Below are positions 16,472 to 26,563 of a stretch of 64,000 nucleotides of DNA, piece after piece. Origin of the DNA: an uncultured Candidatus Saccharibacteria bacterium (GTDB lineage: Bacteria > Patescibacteriota > Minisyncoccia > Phycocordibacterales > UBA9973); NCBI GenBank assembly GCA_964505155.1, contig CAZDGL010000001.1:1286-65285 (forward strand), in the 5' to 3' direction. The notes under the pieces are model-generated. The model did not search any database, was not told the origin of the DNA, and saw only the letters and a list, made by a program, of their open reading frames with translations. A program made the translations under genes and the position numbers. Position 1 is the stretch's first letter. Each line of letters begins with the position of its first letter.

Positions 16472-17026
16472 TCACTGACCCTTCTTGATTAGAATGTCAA
16501 CCGGAATATCGAGAAACTCACCGAGTTTTCCGTTCTCATCAATACTGAAATTCCACAATGTCACCTGATCCATTGGATTAAGGATGACTTCTTTTTCACC
16601 AACCGATACGACACCACCATTCACCCGCATTTCCAGCTTGGCAGTTACTGGAACCGGATCCAAGCACCTGTAGCAATGCAGATTGATGGCATAATCACCC
16701 TCAGGCTTACCGCGCGAGAATGCATTTTCGTAATTTAAAGGAAGGACATCACCATAGACACCAGTATCGTCTCGGAGCAAATTCCAAACGCTACCAGATT
16801 TTCTGGAAAATCCGATTGCCATATCTCTGGGAGACTTGAGCCACAGATCGACGTCATTGTTTCCTTCTGGCCACATGACAGTAACGATCAAGTCACCGTT
16901 CATGGTATTGCGGTTTTCTTCTGCTATCGGCACAATAGCTGCCACAGCATACATGAAAAACGCAAAAATAACAGCAATTGTACAATATAGAACGTCTCTA
17001 AAAAGAGTCTGTACTGCGTCCTTCAT
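16472..17026 (-). CDS. single-pass membrane protein, possible ExbD/TolR-like partner
   Basis: N-terminal TM (LYCTIAVIFAFFMYAVAAIV) with a preceding Asp, then a soluble domain; adjacent to a MotA/TolQ-like gene. Confidence 0.3.
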   Translation of the reverse strand: MKDAVQTLFRDVLYCTIAVIFAFFMYAVAAIVPIAEENRNTMNGDLIVTVMWPEGNNDVDLWLKSPRDMAIGFSRKSGSVWNLLRDDTGVYGDVLPLNYENAFSRGKPEGDYAINLHCYRCLDPVPVTAKLEMRVNGGVVSVGEKEVILNPMDQVTLWNFSIDENGKLGEFLDIPVDILIKKGQ

Positions 17027-17027
17027 G

Positions 17028-17495
17028 TCATTCTGCCAATTCGATTTGAGTCAATACTATACGATAGTTTACGACGTGCCAAAGCAGGGACGATGCACCC
17101 AGAATTGTACAATAGGAAAGCGTCTTTAGACCACCAGACATTGCTTCACCCATGGCACCCATTTTCTCAGGATCACCGAGTGCCGATAGATCCACACCCT
17201 GAACCATATGCAGGATACCGATGGAGGTACCGATTAGGCCAAGCGTCACCAAATATGAACCGATATCTCCCACATATTGGAACTTAATCTTTATATCGTC
17301 CATTGTAAGATTCCACGCGAAGTAGAAAATGGAAGCCAAACCGAAGAGGAATGTGCTAGCAATGAGATATGATACGTGCGAAGAATCGTCTAGAAATGCA
17401 GGGAGAAGAACCCCAACCTTATAAAGAAAGAATGTGAGACATGCCAAGGCAAAATTCCACACAGTGAGCTTGGCAATCAAAAAATTATGCTGCAT
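17028..17495 (-). CDS. MotA/TolQ/ExbB-family-like 3-TM proton-channel protein
   Basis: TM2 LVTLGLIGTSIGILHMV and TM3 ...ILGASSLLWHVVNYR resemble the conserved G(L/I)xGTxxG and ...YN segments of TolQ/ExbB. Confidence 0.45.
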   Translation of the reverse strand: MQHNFLIAKLTVWNFALACLTFFLYKVGVLLPAFLDDSSHVSYLIASTFLFGLASIFYFAWNLTMDDIKIKFQYVGDIGSYLVTLGLIGTSIGILHMVQGVDLSALGDPEKMGAMGEAMSGGLKTLSYCTILGASSLLWHVVNYRIVLTQIELAE

Positions 17496-17505
17496 AATCT
17501 GTCCT

Positions 17506-17973
17506 TTAAGTTTCGTTGGTCTGATGGTGGGTATACTTGAATGAACGATCCCATTTTGTATATGCTTGGGATAGAATGTAGTTCTCGTCCAGATCGTATT
17601 CGAAATACATCTTGTTGAGAATTCCTAGAACGTCTCCCAACTCAATTTCTAGGAGACGTCGATTTGTGGTCTGTCTTGGATCATCAGGATGATAGGATTC
17701 GTATCCGTGTCGCTTGATCTTCTGAGCAATCATAATTACTTCAGACAATTCTTCCACAAGCATATCGAGCCGCTCTGTTTCAGCAGGAGTCAATCCGTTG
17801 AAGTGGACTTGTGATTCAGCTTCCAAGGCTCGTTCTTTCCAATATTCTGCATCCGTGTTTTCTTTGAACGGATAAAATCTTCCAGCACCATCGGCAATCT
17901 TCACGCTAGCTACTGAAGCCGTGTTCCTAGAAGCCACTTCAGCAGCACCTCTCAATCCAGCATTATCCAACAT
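17506..17973 (-). CDS. MazG-like all-alpha NTP pyrophosphohydrolase (T4 dCTPase gp56-like?)
   Basis: EExxE-type helix LVEELSEVIMIAQKIKRHG and E...LGDVL motifs. Confidence 0.5.
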   Translation of the reverse strand: MLDNAGLRGAAEVASRNTASVASVKIADGAGRFYPFKENTDAEYWKERALEAESQVHFNGLTPAETERLDMLVEELSEVIMIAQKIKRHGYESYHPDDPRQTTNRRLLEIELGDVLGILNKMYFEYDLDENYILSQAYTKWDRSFKYTHHQTNET

Positions 17974-18947
17974 TATAATATTTCCAAACAGTGGTTGATT
18001 GAATCGTTCAAATTATACTTAGGTCTCCATCGCAGGATGGATTCAGCACATCGGGTATCCGGTATTCGAGTCTTCACGTCGTTCGGATATTCCTTGACGG
18101 TTTCAAACTCCAGATCCACACCACGGAAATCAATCAGACCCTTCAGGTATGCCAGATCCGCAATCGTCTGCGCGAGCCTGCGCATGGTGACTGCCTCGGT
18201 GGATCCAAGATTGTAAACCGTGTTGTAGGTCTCCACATCAAACGATAGATTAGCAATCGCTAATGAGGTATCTCGAATATCTGTGAAGCATCTAATCTGG
18301 AACCCATTTCCAATGATAGGAAGCTTCTTGTTCTTCAGGACTACGATCTGGTGGATATAATCAGCAAAGACGTGTGAACTACCGATTTCATACTCGGCAG
18401 TCTCATACGGTGTGATGATATTGAACGGTCTCCAGATTGTATACGGAAGCTGGTATTGCTCCCAGTATGCTTTGGATAGACGTTCACCCACATACTTCGA
18501 AAGACCATAATCCGTCTTGTGGACACGTGAGGTTTCGGTCATCCACTCTTCAGCAGTCTCCAGATTCTCATAGACCATGGAAGAAGAAATGTAAACTACT
18601 CTTTTGACGGTTTCGATGTTATAAGCAGACCGCAGGATGTTGCTGTGCAGCGTGATATCATTTCCGAGAATATCTGCAGGATGAGACGAAAATCCACCGA
18701 CTCCGAAAATCGTGGCAGCACCCTGAATCACATAATCAGGTTGGACTTCACGAAACAAAATGTCTACCACATTCGGATGGATCAAATCCAACTTATGAAA
18801 ATCATACTTGACATTTGCGATATTTCGACGTTGCTTATATCTGGAAAGATTGTCTACACCAACCACATCATGTCCATTGTTTACAAGATGTGGGATAACG
18901 GATTGCATGAGAGATCCTTCGGATCCCGTTACTAAAACTCTGCTCAT
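17973..18947 (-). CDS. NAD-dependent sugar epimerase/dehydratase (extended SDR)
   Basis: N-terminal VLVTGSEGSLM Rossmann motif and catalytic YGLSK (YxxxK). Confidence 0.7.
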   Translation of the reverse strand: MSRVLVTGSEGSLMQSVIPHLVNNGHDVVGVDNLSRYKQRRNIANVKYDFHKLDLIHPNVVDILFREVQPDYVIQGAATIFGVGGFSSHPADILGNDITLHSNILRSAYNIETVKRVVYISSSMVYENLETAEEWMTETSRVHKTDYGLSKYVGERLSKAYWEQYQLPYTIWRPFNIITPYETAEYEIGSSHVFADYIHQIVVLKNKKLPIIGNGFQIRCFTDIRDTSLAIANLSFDVETYNTVYNLGSTEAVTMRRLAQTIADLAYLKGLIDFRGVDLEFETVKEYPNDVKTRIPDTRCAESILRWRPKYNLNDSINHCLEIL

Positions 18948-19100
18948 GTGATTACTTCTTCCGAATAAAAGTGCTAATAATGCCTACTGCTAATATGAAT
19001 AGAAAAATCCAAAGAAATGGAAAGACCAACGGATAATGATGAGCCAACTGTTCACCAAATCTAGCACCCAAACATACTGTTGATAGGTTGCAGGGATCCA

Positions 19101-20492
19101 TCAAAGTATCTCAATTCCATTTAGACTGTTTGGTGTGAATTTTGAAGTGATATCCACTAGGATAACACCCTTCTTGAAGAATCGCTTCCACAACGATTTC
19201 TTATCAGCAAAAACCTTATGTGGAGTCATGACAATAATCATATCGTATTCACCGAAGTTCGGTAGCTTGGAATATTTAGCCACGTAAGGATCGTAGATAT
19301 CGTAGACGATTCCATTGCGCTTCAGAATCTTTGCCATTCTAAATGACAAGGAATTTCGGGTATCATCCGACTCTGGTTTAAATGCGGCACCAAGGATTAG
19401 AACCTTCTGTGGTCGAGGATAAACCTGAAGCTCATTCCACAGATAGTCCACGATGTTTTCATTAATCGTGAAGCTACCACGGATCAGTTCCGAATACGGA
19501 ATCTTACTCAGCAAGAAGTGGCCATCCTTATAGAGGCACGGACCAGCAGCAAATCCCGGCTTATCCATATTCATTCGAGGATAATCGAAATTTGCCAGAT
19601 TGATGATCTTGGTCGCATCGACACCATGCTCGCGACAAATGATATAGAATTCATTCGCAAGTGCGAAGTTCACATACCGATACATGTTGGTGATCAGCTT
19701 CGCTAGTTCGGCTTCTTCCCATGACACGAATCCATAACTGAATTCATCCTGAATAGATTGTTTGGGGAAAAGTCTTTGAACTTTAGCCAAAACATCAGAC
19801 TGGAATTGTCGTGAATAATCGATGGTCATGTCGTATCTCTTATTCGGTGCATCCGAATTCCACTCGTATCCGATGATTTGTGGAAGCTCCTTGAATTCAG
19901 TCAATCCATGTCCCTGTGATACTCGTTCAGGAGCAAAAAACATGAAGTAGTCGATACCATGGACATAACCATAATTAGCTAGCTTCTGGGAAATAGCTCT
20001 GGTGGTACCCGGAATAACCGTAGACCGAAGGACGAAGATGTGTCCCTTGATTTCTCCAATTGAATGGAGATATTCAAAGTAGTTGAAAATATCGTCCACT
20101 GACGGATTGCCGTTCTCATCAATTGGTGTACCGATCATAATGCAGATCATTCTAGCTCTGCGTACGGCTTCTGGATCCGTGGTGAATTCAACCATCCGAT
20201 GATAAAGCTTGGAGCTTAGAAGTGACTCGGCATCGTCCTCTAGATATGGAACGATGCCCATATTGAGCTTATCGACTACTTCCTGATTTTTATCGATGCC
20301 GATTACCTTACGGTAAGACTGAGCAATGGACAAACTGAACGGAAGTCCCACGTGGCCAGCGGCACCAATCACTGCCACGTAATCGTCTCTATCATCTTTT
20401 GTTTGAAGTGATACTCCACCAACATATCGTGAAGAGGTTTGTACTGCCATTTCCATTAATATCTTTCTTCGGTGTTCAGGAAGGTTTCCCAC
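19101..20492 (-). CDS. nucleotide-sugar dehydrogenase (UDP-glucose/GDP-mannose dehydrogenase family)
   Basis: VIGAAGHVGLP (GxGxxG) and catalytic-Cys motif GFAAGPCLYKD; 463 aa. Confidence 0.75.
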   Translation of the reverse strand: MGNLPEHRRKILMEMAVQTSSRYVGGVSLQTKDDRDDYVAVIGAAGHVGLPFSLSIAQSYRKVIGIDKNQEVVDKLNMGIVPYLEDDAESLLSSKLYHRMVEFTTDPEAVRRARMICIMIGTPIDENGNPSVDDIFNYFEYLHSIGEIKGHIFVLRSTVIPGTTRAISQKLANYGYVHGIDYFMFFAPERVSQGHGLTEFKELPQIIGYEWNSDAPNKRYDMTIDYSRQFQSDVLAKVQRLFPKQSIQDEFSYGFVSWEEAELAKLITNMYRYVNFALANEFYIICREHGVDATKIINLANFDYPRMNMDKPGFAAGPCLYKDGHFLLSKIPYSELIRGSFTINENIVDYLWNELQVYPRPQKVLILGAAFKPESDDTRNSLSFRMAKILKRNGIVYDIYDPYVAKYSKLPNFGEYDMIIVMTPHKVFADKKSLWKRFFKKGVILVDITSKFTPNSLNGIEIL

Positions 20493-20683
20493 GTCTGGAT
20501 ATCAGCTATAACATAGGCTTCTGGTGTTTGTTCTGCTTTGTCTTTATAATCTTCCAGATAATCCTGATAGAATTCAGGAGCCATCCCAACAGCATAATCA
20601 CGCTCGTTCTCACCCATGCGATCAGTCATTTCATTAATAAACCGACTTTTGAATTCCATCAGAGTCAACTTTTTGCGTTTCAT
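20456..20683 (-). CDS. hypothetical protein
   Basis: 75 aa ORF. Confidence 0.3.
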   Translation of the reverse strand: MKRKKLTLMEFKSRFINEMTDRMGENERDYAVGMAPEFYQDYLEDYKDKAEQTPEAYVIADIQTWETFLNTEERY

Positions 20684-21217
20684 TTAATTCACAAACTTTC
20701 TAACTTGCCAAGCCCAATCGGTGCAAATACCGTAGCAATCCAATTCTTTGGTTGCGTTGAGGTTGGCTTCCAAACTAATATCTGGATTCCAGTTTTCTGG
20801 AAGCACAGCAATCGAATTCTTATAGACTGGTTGACCGGGATAAGTCCAGATCTTTCCATCGGTCGTCATCACACCAGCGTCCTTATCATGAAAGAACAGA
20901 TATGGAACACATCGAAGATGGAGTAGGTGATTCAGGACCGTGAGATCCTTGCAATGGAAGTAAGTATACGGAGCAATATCGATCACATAGTCAAGAGTTA
21001 CTGGATAATAACATCCACCTTCATGTCCTATAACGAAATCGTGCTTTTCTCCTGCTGCCGAAGATTCAGTATCAATCGTCCATCCAGTAAATGCTAGAGT
21101 GTTGATATCTACCTCAACCATAAATCCAGCATTGATAGCTTGTTCGATAGCTTCCGGTGAGTTTTCGGTTTGGTCGTTTGGACCTTGCATAAGGCCACGG
21201 TGGGCAATGACGATCAT
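20684..21217 (-). CDS. glycerophosphodiester phosphodiesterase (GDPD)-like
   Basis: Internal start MIVIAHRG...ENSPEAIEQAINAGFMVEVDI (HRG...EN...E.D); AGGA SD upstream; the track ORF extends to 21328. Confidence 0.55.
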   Translation of the reverse strand: MIVIAHRGLMQGPNDQTENSPEAIEQAINAGFMVEVDINTLAFTGWTIDTESSAAGEKHDFVIGHEGGCYYPVTLDYVIDIAPYTYFHCKDLTVLNHLLHLRCVPYLFFHDKDAGVMTTDGKIWTYPGQPVYKNSIAVLPENWNPDISLEANLNATKELDCYGICTDWAWQVRKFVN

Positions 21218-21296
21218 TATAGGAGTCCTAGATACATTGATAGAAAGAATACGAACACCAAAAATGCTGAATAGATGGAAATAGCAATAACATACT

Positions 21297-22040
21297 TCAT
21301 TCAGACTTCCAGTCTTTGTACTGCCCATTTGGTGTGTGCTGAAGCTGTTTAGGAATGTTTACTTCCACATGCTCAGACCTAGATTCGATCAAATCCTTCA
21401 CGAAGATGTGAGGACAGAACCTATTATATTTAAGCGTCAATCGTGTCAATTCCTTGATATTAGACATGCTCCACGTCAAATCTTCGATCTTTCTTCGAGT
21501 TGACATGAAAAACATATCCCCGGTTCCCTGACCAGTATGATTGCGGTGAAAGAGAGTATAGAATTTCGTAGGATCCGCGTTTGCAATCACATCAACGATT
21601 TCTGGTCCGACTACCAGATCAGGACGCATTCGGATGACTAGATCATAATCTCGGGATATTCCACCATTTCGGTAAAAGTTGTTCATCCCTTCGTTCATGA
21701 GCCAGAATTGGGATAGTGTATTAACTGGACGGATTTCCTGACAATAAGGCTCGAAGATTTTGGCTTCAGCTATAAAACTCGGTTCATAGAGCTTGAAGCT
21801 CTGAACATCAATATGTTCTGCACCGTAAGTATTTTTAACAGCGTGCCAGTTTATCTTTGGACTTTCTGGATTGATACCCTTCTTTGTAGTATCAGCTTCA
21901 GGAGAAATCCAATATCCCTCATCATCCCATGTAGTTATATAGACCGAAGGTTGAAATGGTTCTAGGATATACTGGTAGGTGTTGATGAAAACCTGTTGCC
22001 AGCACCGCATATGACCAGTCAATACTAGAGCTATTTTCAT
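21297..22040 (-). CDS. putative glycosyltransferase-like protein (paralog of 24767..25492)
   Basis: MKIALVLTGHMR... versus ...KIALCLSGQPR...; family not assigned. Confidence 0.3.
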   Translation of the reverse strand: MKIALVLTGHMRCWQQVFINTYQYILEPFQPSVYITTWDDEGYWISPEADTTKKGINPESPKINWHAVKNTYGAEHIDVQSFKLYEPSFIAEAKIFEPYCQEIRPVNTLSQFWLMNEGMNNFYRNGGISRDYDLVIRMRPDLVVGPEIVDVIANADPTKFYTLFHRNHTGQGTGDMFFMSTRRKIEDLTWSMSNIKELTRLTLKYNRFCPHIFVKDLIESRSEHVEVNIPKQLQHTPNGQYKDWKSE

Positions 22041-22270
22041 TAGATTACTAAGCTCGTTTCACCTTGATGTTTAACCAAGTGCCATGATTTCAAACACTTG
22101 TGACAATACAACGTAGTTCTATAGTAATTCGGATCTTCTATATGATATTCACCTTGCTTATCATAATAATGAAACGAACCCATACACGTACTTGAAGTAC
22201 CTTGATCTTCAATAGTGCAATCATCCCGTTCACACTCAGAAGTTATTTTTATAACATGATGACTTCTCAT
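22040..22270 (-). CDS. Cys-rich small protein
   Basis: 76 aa, multiple CxxC-like spacings. Confidence 0.3.
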   Translation of the reverse strand: MRSHHVIKITSECERDDCTIEDQGTSSTCMGSFHYYDKQGEYHIEDPNYYRTTLYCHKCLKSWHLVKHQGETSLVI

Positions 22271-22442
22271 TCTTCCAAATCCTTCAATCGATATAGTTCT
22301 TCAGCGATTTGATCAGGAATACACGAATATCGGATCCACCGAAGCGGTCCAGTTTCCAGTTTACATTCTGGTCGATCACACATTCCATTGCCAGTCCGCT
22401 TCATGCAAAACTGGTCAAGCCAATCAATCATTTGATCAAAAT

Positions 22443-22883
22443 TTACCACCACCAATGGATCCAGATTTGTTCGTCGTCACCGATACCCTGCTCGCGCAGA
22501 TATTGCACGATAGCATCCACCATCAATGGACCTTCTTCCCACTTATGGGTTTCATCATTCCATCGATCAACTGTGGTACCTTCTTCTACAGTGTCTAGAA
22601 GATTGTTGATTGACGTCTTGAAAATATAGTTGTCGTTTCCAAGCTCACATAATCTCCAAATATCCTGAACTTGAGTTTCTACCTCAACCGGACAATCGGA
22701 CCACTGGGCATCCAGAATATACTGCTTTCGGACAGCTTTGCGATGATTAGGTTCTAGTGGCTTTGACTGCCAATCATCAAACTTGTGATTATATGAGGAT
22801 GTTCTTCCAGACCATTCAACCATTATGATTCTCCAAAAAGTACTTGAGATCTTCTGGGGTTCCAGTTCCCCACATACCCTCAA
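22443..22883 (-). CDS. hypothetical protein
   Basis: 146 aa ORF. Confidence 0.35.
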   Translation of the reverse strand: MRVCGELEPQKISSTFWRIIMVEWSGRTSSYNHKFDDWQSKPLEPNHRKAVRKQYILDAQWSDCPVEVETQVQDIWRLCELGNDNYIFKTSINNLLDTVEEGTTVDRWNDETHKWEEGPLMVDAIVQYLREQGIGDDEQIWIHWWW

Positions 22884-24186
22884 TCTGCTTCACTCTAAAT
22901 TTCTTGCCTTCGGCAATCAGGTAATTGATTGTCGGTGCCACATAGAATTCACCATTGGTGCGATCATCCGCAGTGATCATTTGTTCTACGGAACGACAAT
23001 AATCAGAGCCGCGAGACCAAAAGTAAACACCAACAGTAGCGTTATCAGATATCGGGTTCTTCTCGGCAATGCGCTCCACAAACCCATCGTCTGATAGCTT
23101 TGCAAAGCTCCATTTAGGATGAGTAGATTTGAAGGTGACAATTCCACCGTCGATGCCGTCTGCGGCAAACGCGTACATGACTTCATTTGAATTCCAATCC
23201 AGATACTGATCTGAATTAGCTATCACAAGAGGCTCGTCATTGTCAATGTATTTCCGAGCCAACATTGTGGTACATGCAGCACCTTCGGTTAGACCGTCAA
23301 CCTGAACTACCGTGCATCCCGGTTTGATGAGAGAAAGCATTTGACCGAGATTGTACTTCTCGTAATGCTCCTTCTGGACAATGAAAATATAATTTGCATC
23401 AATATTGAGGTTCTCGACCACCATTTGAATCATAGGCTTTCCCCGAACCTCGATCAGAGGTTTAGGAAAGGTGTAACCTGCAGCAGCAAAGCGCGAACCT
23501 GCACCTGCCATCGGAATGAGTACGTTCATCTTTTTATTAATCCATGGAATCTTAGGAGTGAATTGAGGTAGATCCGAAAAATTCTGTCGGACGAAATCTA
23601 GAGTGAATCCATCCACATTCTCAACCGGAACCAGTCTGGCACCAGAGGCTATTGCACCCTGACGACCGATATGTGAATCTTCTACGATAATGGTAGTCGA
23701 CGGAACCGCGTCCATTGCCATCATACACTGGAAATACATATCCACAGCAGGCTTAGGACGCTTGACATCCTCGTTGGAAATATAGTAATCGATCCACGGC
23801 ATAATTCCCATGAATAGAAGTGCCTGCTTCAACGTCGACCGAACAGAATTCGATGCCACGGCAATATGATAGCCTAACTGCTTAAGCTCCAGAATGATGT
23901 CGATGTTCTTCTGGTTCACATCAATCATGGCATACTCTAGAAGAGTATATTCCTGCTTTGCCTTCCAAATAGCATCATGCAATCCAGCAGGTAATCCCTT
24001 TTTATTAGAAAGCATTTGGAGCTTCTTAGTAGTCGGAAGTCCATCGTAAATAGACAAATGCTCCTCACGAGAAATTACCGCTGATGGGTAATAGTCATGA
24101 AGAGCATTATTGAGAGAATTGTAGTGTATCTCTCTGGAATCTAAAAGAACACCATCGAGATCTAGAATCACTAGTTTATTTGTCAT
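22816..24186 (-). CDS. bifunctional HAD-like hydrolase / sugar-phosphate nucleotidyltransferase
   Basis: N-terminal LVILDLDGVLLDS (HAD motif I) and IVEDSHIGRQGA (motif IV); C-terminal VLIPMAGAGSRF...PKPLIEV nucleotidyltransferase signature. Confidence 0.65.
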   Translation of the reverse strand: MTNKLVILDLDGVLLDSREIHYNSLNNALHDYYPSAVISREEHLSIYDGLPTTKKLQMLSNKKGLPAGLHDAIWKAKQEYTLLEYAMIDVNQKNIDIILELKQLGYHIAVASNSVRSTLKQALLFMGIMPWIDYYISNEDVKRPKPAVDMYFQCMMAMDAVPSTTIIVEDSHIGRQGAIASGARLVPVENVDGFTLDFVRQNFSDLPQFTPKIPWINKKMNVLIPMAGAGSRFAAAGYTFPKPLIEVRGKPMIQMVVENLNIDANYIFIVQKEHYEKYNLGQMLSLIKPGCTVVQVDGLTEGAACTTMLARKYIDNDEPLVIANSDQYLDWNSNEVMYAFAADGIDGGIVTFKSTHPKWSFAKLSDDGFVERIAEKNPISDNATVGVYFWSRGSDYCRSVEQMITADDRTNGEFYVAPTINYLIAEGKKFRVKQIEGMWGTGTPEDLKYFLENHNG

Positions 24187-24371
24187 TTCTTATAGTCTTT
24201 TCTACCCTGTATCTTGTGTGCTTCATCTTTTGTAGGGACTCGATCCCACACGGATCGTTTTAGATACCCTGCTCCATCACACTCGTCACATTCCTTGTCC
24301 CCATAGAAATCCATTCCAAAGGGACCATAGTCTGCAACCTTACCATATCCATCACAATTCGGGCATCTCAT
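24183..24371 (-). CDS. small DnaJ-type zinc-finger protein
   Basis: CPNCDGYGKV and CDECDGAGYL (CxxCxGxG repeats), 62 aa. Confidence 0.4.
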   Translation of the reverse strand: MRCPNCDGYGKVADYGPFGMDFYGDKECDECDGAGYLKRSVWDRVPTKDEAHKIQGRKDYKK

Positions 24372-24498
24372 TTATCATTCCACCACCAATAGGTTTTATA
24401 GATACTCATTATCAACCCAAAGGCAAATAATGCACCGATAGTACCACCTACAATAACACCTAAAAATATTTGAAAATATATGAATATCTCGGCAAGCA

Positions 24499-24801
24499 TT
24501 ATTTGCCGTAATTTCTCACGTATTCCTTGGCTTTCTCCTTGGAAACGTATTCACCATCCCAATCGAGATAGATCGTCACGGCATCGATCACATCAATCAG
24601 TTCACAAATTGCTTCTTTCTGCTCAGGAGTATCATGCTGAGCCATTGCGCTCATTGACACTGGAGCACTAAAATACTTCTCCAGAGCAGCTTTGCTAGCT
24701 TCAGTCGTGATATTCCACGACTTCAGAGTACCCCATTTCAGACCCAGACTTTCAGTTCCCATTTTCTCACCTATAGCTGTTCCATGTTGAAAAATCATCA
24801 C
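24499..24801 (-). CDS. hypothetical protein
   Basis: 100 aa ORF. Confidence 0.3.
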   Translation of the reverse strand: MMIFQHGTAIGEKMGTESLGLKWGTLKSWNITTEASKAALEKYFSAPVSMSAMAQHDTPEQKEAICELIDVIDAVTIYLDWDGEYVSKEKAKEYVRNYGK

Positions 24802-25492
24802 GAAGGATTGCGTGCCAGTTTCCGTTGTACTTACCCGGTGGAAATGGATTGCACATGTCCACGTACACCATATTCACACCTACCAGATTGGACATGTATA
24901 GCTGATTACTCAGCATGTCCTCACCGTTCATTGTCATTCCGAAGGAATAGAAATAGTCGATATTCGTAAACGTATTAGAGTAGCAATCCATGACATTCGG
25001 ACGACCGTACGCGAACATATCCGAACAAAAGTCGTGTGCTGGTGTCATGCGATCCTGAGGCACGTATAGCGTATGGTTCTCTATGGAGTCAAGTTCTAAT
25101 TCTCGATTCAAAGCATAATCAAACCGGGAACGAACGACTACATCATACTCCACACCCTTGCGCAGAGTATGCAGTTTTCGTAGCTGGTTGGCTTCAAATA
25201 CCGAATACCACATGGAATAGGTATTGAATGCCGGGAATTGGGGATTAGCTACCTTGGTATACTTTGAATTGATGTAGGTAGCATTGAGAGACGTATCTAG
25301 TTTAAGACCAGTTGGCTTATATAGAGTCTCAATATCATATAGGAAAGAATCTTTCCAAGTATGAATAAAGACGTCTACGTCATGTTTATCAAGCAAGTTC
25401 TTCTTGTGATATTCATAACCCGCAACATAGCTTCTAGGTTGTCCTGATAGACAGAGAGCTATCTTAAGTTCTTTTTTTGGTGAATCTGTCAA
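24767..25492 (-). CDS. putative glycosyltransferase-like protein (paralog of 21297..22040)
   Basis: Shared N-terminal KIALxLxGxxR block and similar length. Confidence 0.3.
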   Translation of the reverse strand: MTDSPKKELKIALCLSGQPRSYVAGYEYHKKNLLDKHDVDVFIHTWKDSFLYDIETLYKPTGLKLDTSLNATYINSKYTKVANPQFPAFNTYSMWYSVFEANQLRKLHTLRKGVEYDVVVRSRFDYALNRELELDSIENHTLYVPQDRMTPAHDFCSDMFAYGRPNVMDCYSNTFTNIDYFYSFGMTMNGEDMLSNQLYMSNLVGVNMVYVDMCNPFPPGKYNGNWHAILRDDFSTWNSYR

Positions 25493-25688
25493 GGTTTACC
25501 GTCCTATGTGATTTTCGTTCATACACTACTTCATCCTCAAGAATATCTAAATGCTCTTCTAGTATCCGCATCACTTCATCTATAGGATAGACGTCCTGAC
25601 ATCTATTTATAGCGTGTTCCAGAAAGATTAATGCTTGAGTCTGTTCGTAGTATTCTTTGGAATCTCGTTCAATCTGCTTTAGCGACAT
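25464..25688 (-). CDS. hypothetical protein
   Basis: 74 aa ORF. Confidence 0.3.
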   Translation of the reverse strand: MSLKQIERDSKEYYEQTQALIFLEHAINRCQDVYPIDEVMRILEEHLDILEDEVVYERKSHRTVNLDRFTKKRT

Positions 25689-26563
25689 TGTGGAATTACA
25701 CTTCTTTCAAACCAGTTTAGGAATCTCTTTCGAGTCGTCTCCACAATATTCTCATCATCTAGTAGACTTGTACCGCGTATCTTATCGTATAGATCGTCGC
25801 GAGTATCCAGATACTTGATAAATTCTACCACCTCATCGAATGAATCGTAATCATGGCAATTGATGAAGGCATCCGTATTGAAGTCAACCGCAACGGTAGG
25901 GGATCCCCAATAGATAGGTACCGACAATCCGATATAGGCATCCAGAATTTTTTCGGAAACATAACCCGGATAGCTTGAGTTTTCAAAACATATGGTGTAC
26001 TTGTAATTGGATAGGAACCGAATCTTCTGACGGACACCGTCCTCACCGCGAGGGAGAACCCAACCATTCATGTTGTTTAAGTGTGGTCCAGCAGAGTCTA
26101 CCGGACGATACGCGTTCAACTTATGAAAGATCTCGTTGCGTTCTTTGCAGTGTGGATTAGCTACCACGAACGCTGCAAAACGATCATTGTTTCCCCAGAT
26201 ATCTGGCTTACGGTAATCTACGGCATCGTCGTATGAATCGTCTACCAGAATTCCCATCTTATGATAGTGCCATATATTGAGAATATAGAGTGGCAGACGG
26301 AACATGTTCGGATGGATGTTGTGCTCAAACGACAACGCGAAATTACACTTGTAATCCCATGGACGCTGGTTCTCACCTGTATAAAATACCTTCACGCATT
26401 TATCATATTTTGCGTGCTGGTTCTTGTACCCGAAATTGGTATCACCAAAGAACAGGATGTCTGGTTCGATATCATCACGAACGACATCAAAGCGTCCACT
26501 CAACCATTCCATGAAGAATGTGGGAACCGGATCAAAGGTGTCTACGAATCCAATCTTAATCAT
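25679..26563 (-). CDS. GT10-family alpha-1,3-fucosyltransferase-like glycosyltransferase
   Basis: YKYTICFENSSYPGYVSEKILDAY matches the FucT signature (Y/F)x(L/I)xFENSxxxxYxTEK. Confidence 0.75.
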   Translation of the reverse strand: MIKIGFVDTFDPVPTFFMEWLSGRFDVVRDDIEPDILFFGDTNFGYKNQHAKYDKCVKVFYTGENQRPWDYKCNFALSFEHNIHPNMFRLPLYILNIWHYHKMGILVDDSYDDAVDYRKPDIWGNNDRFAAFVVANPHCKERNEIFHKLNAYRPVDSAGPHLNNMNGWVLPRGEDGVRQKIRFLSNYKYTICFENSSYPGYVSEKILDAYIGLSVPIYWGSPTVAVDFNTDAFINCHDYDSFDEVVEFIKYLDTRDDLYDKIRGTSLLDDENIVETTRKRFLNWFERSVIPQCR

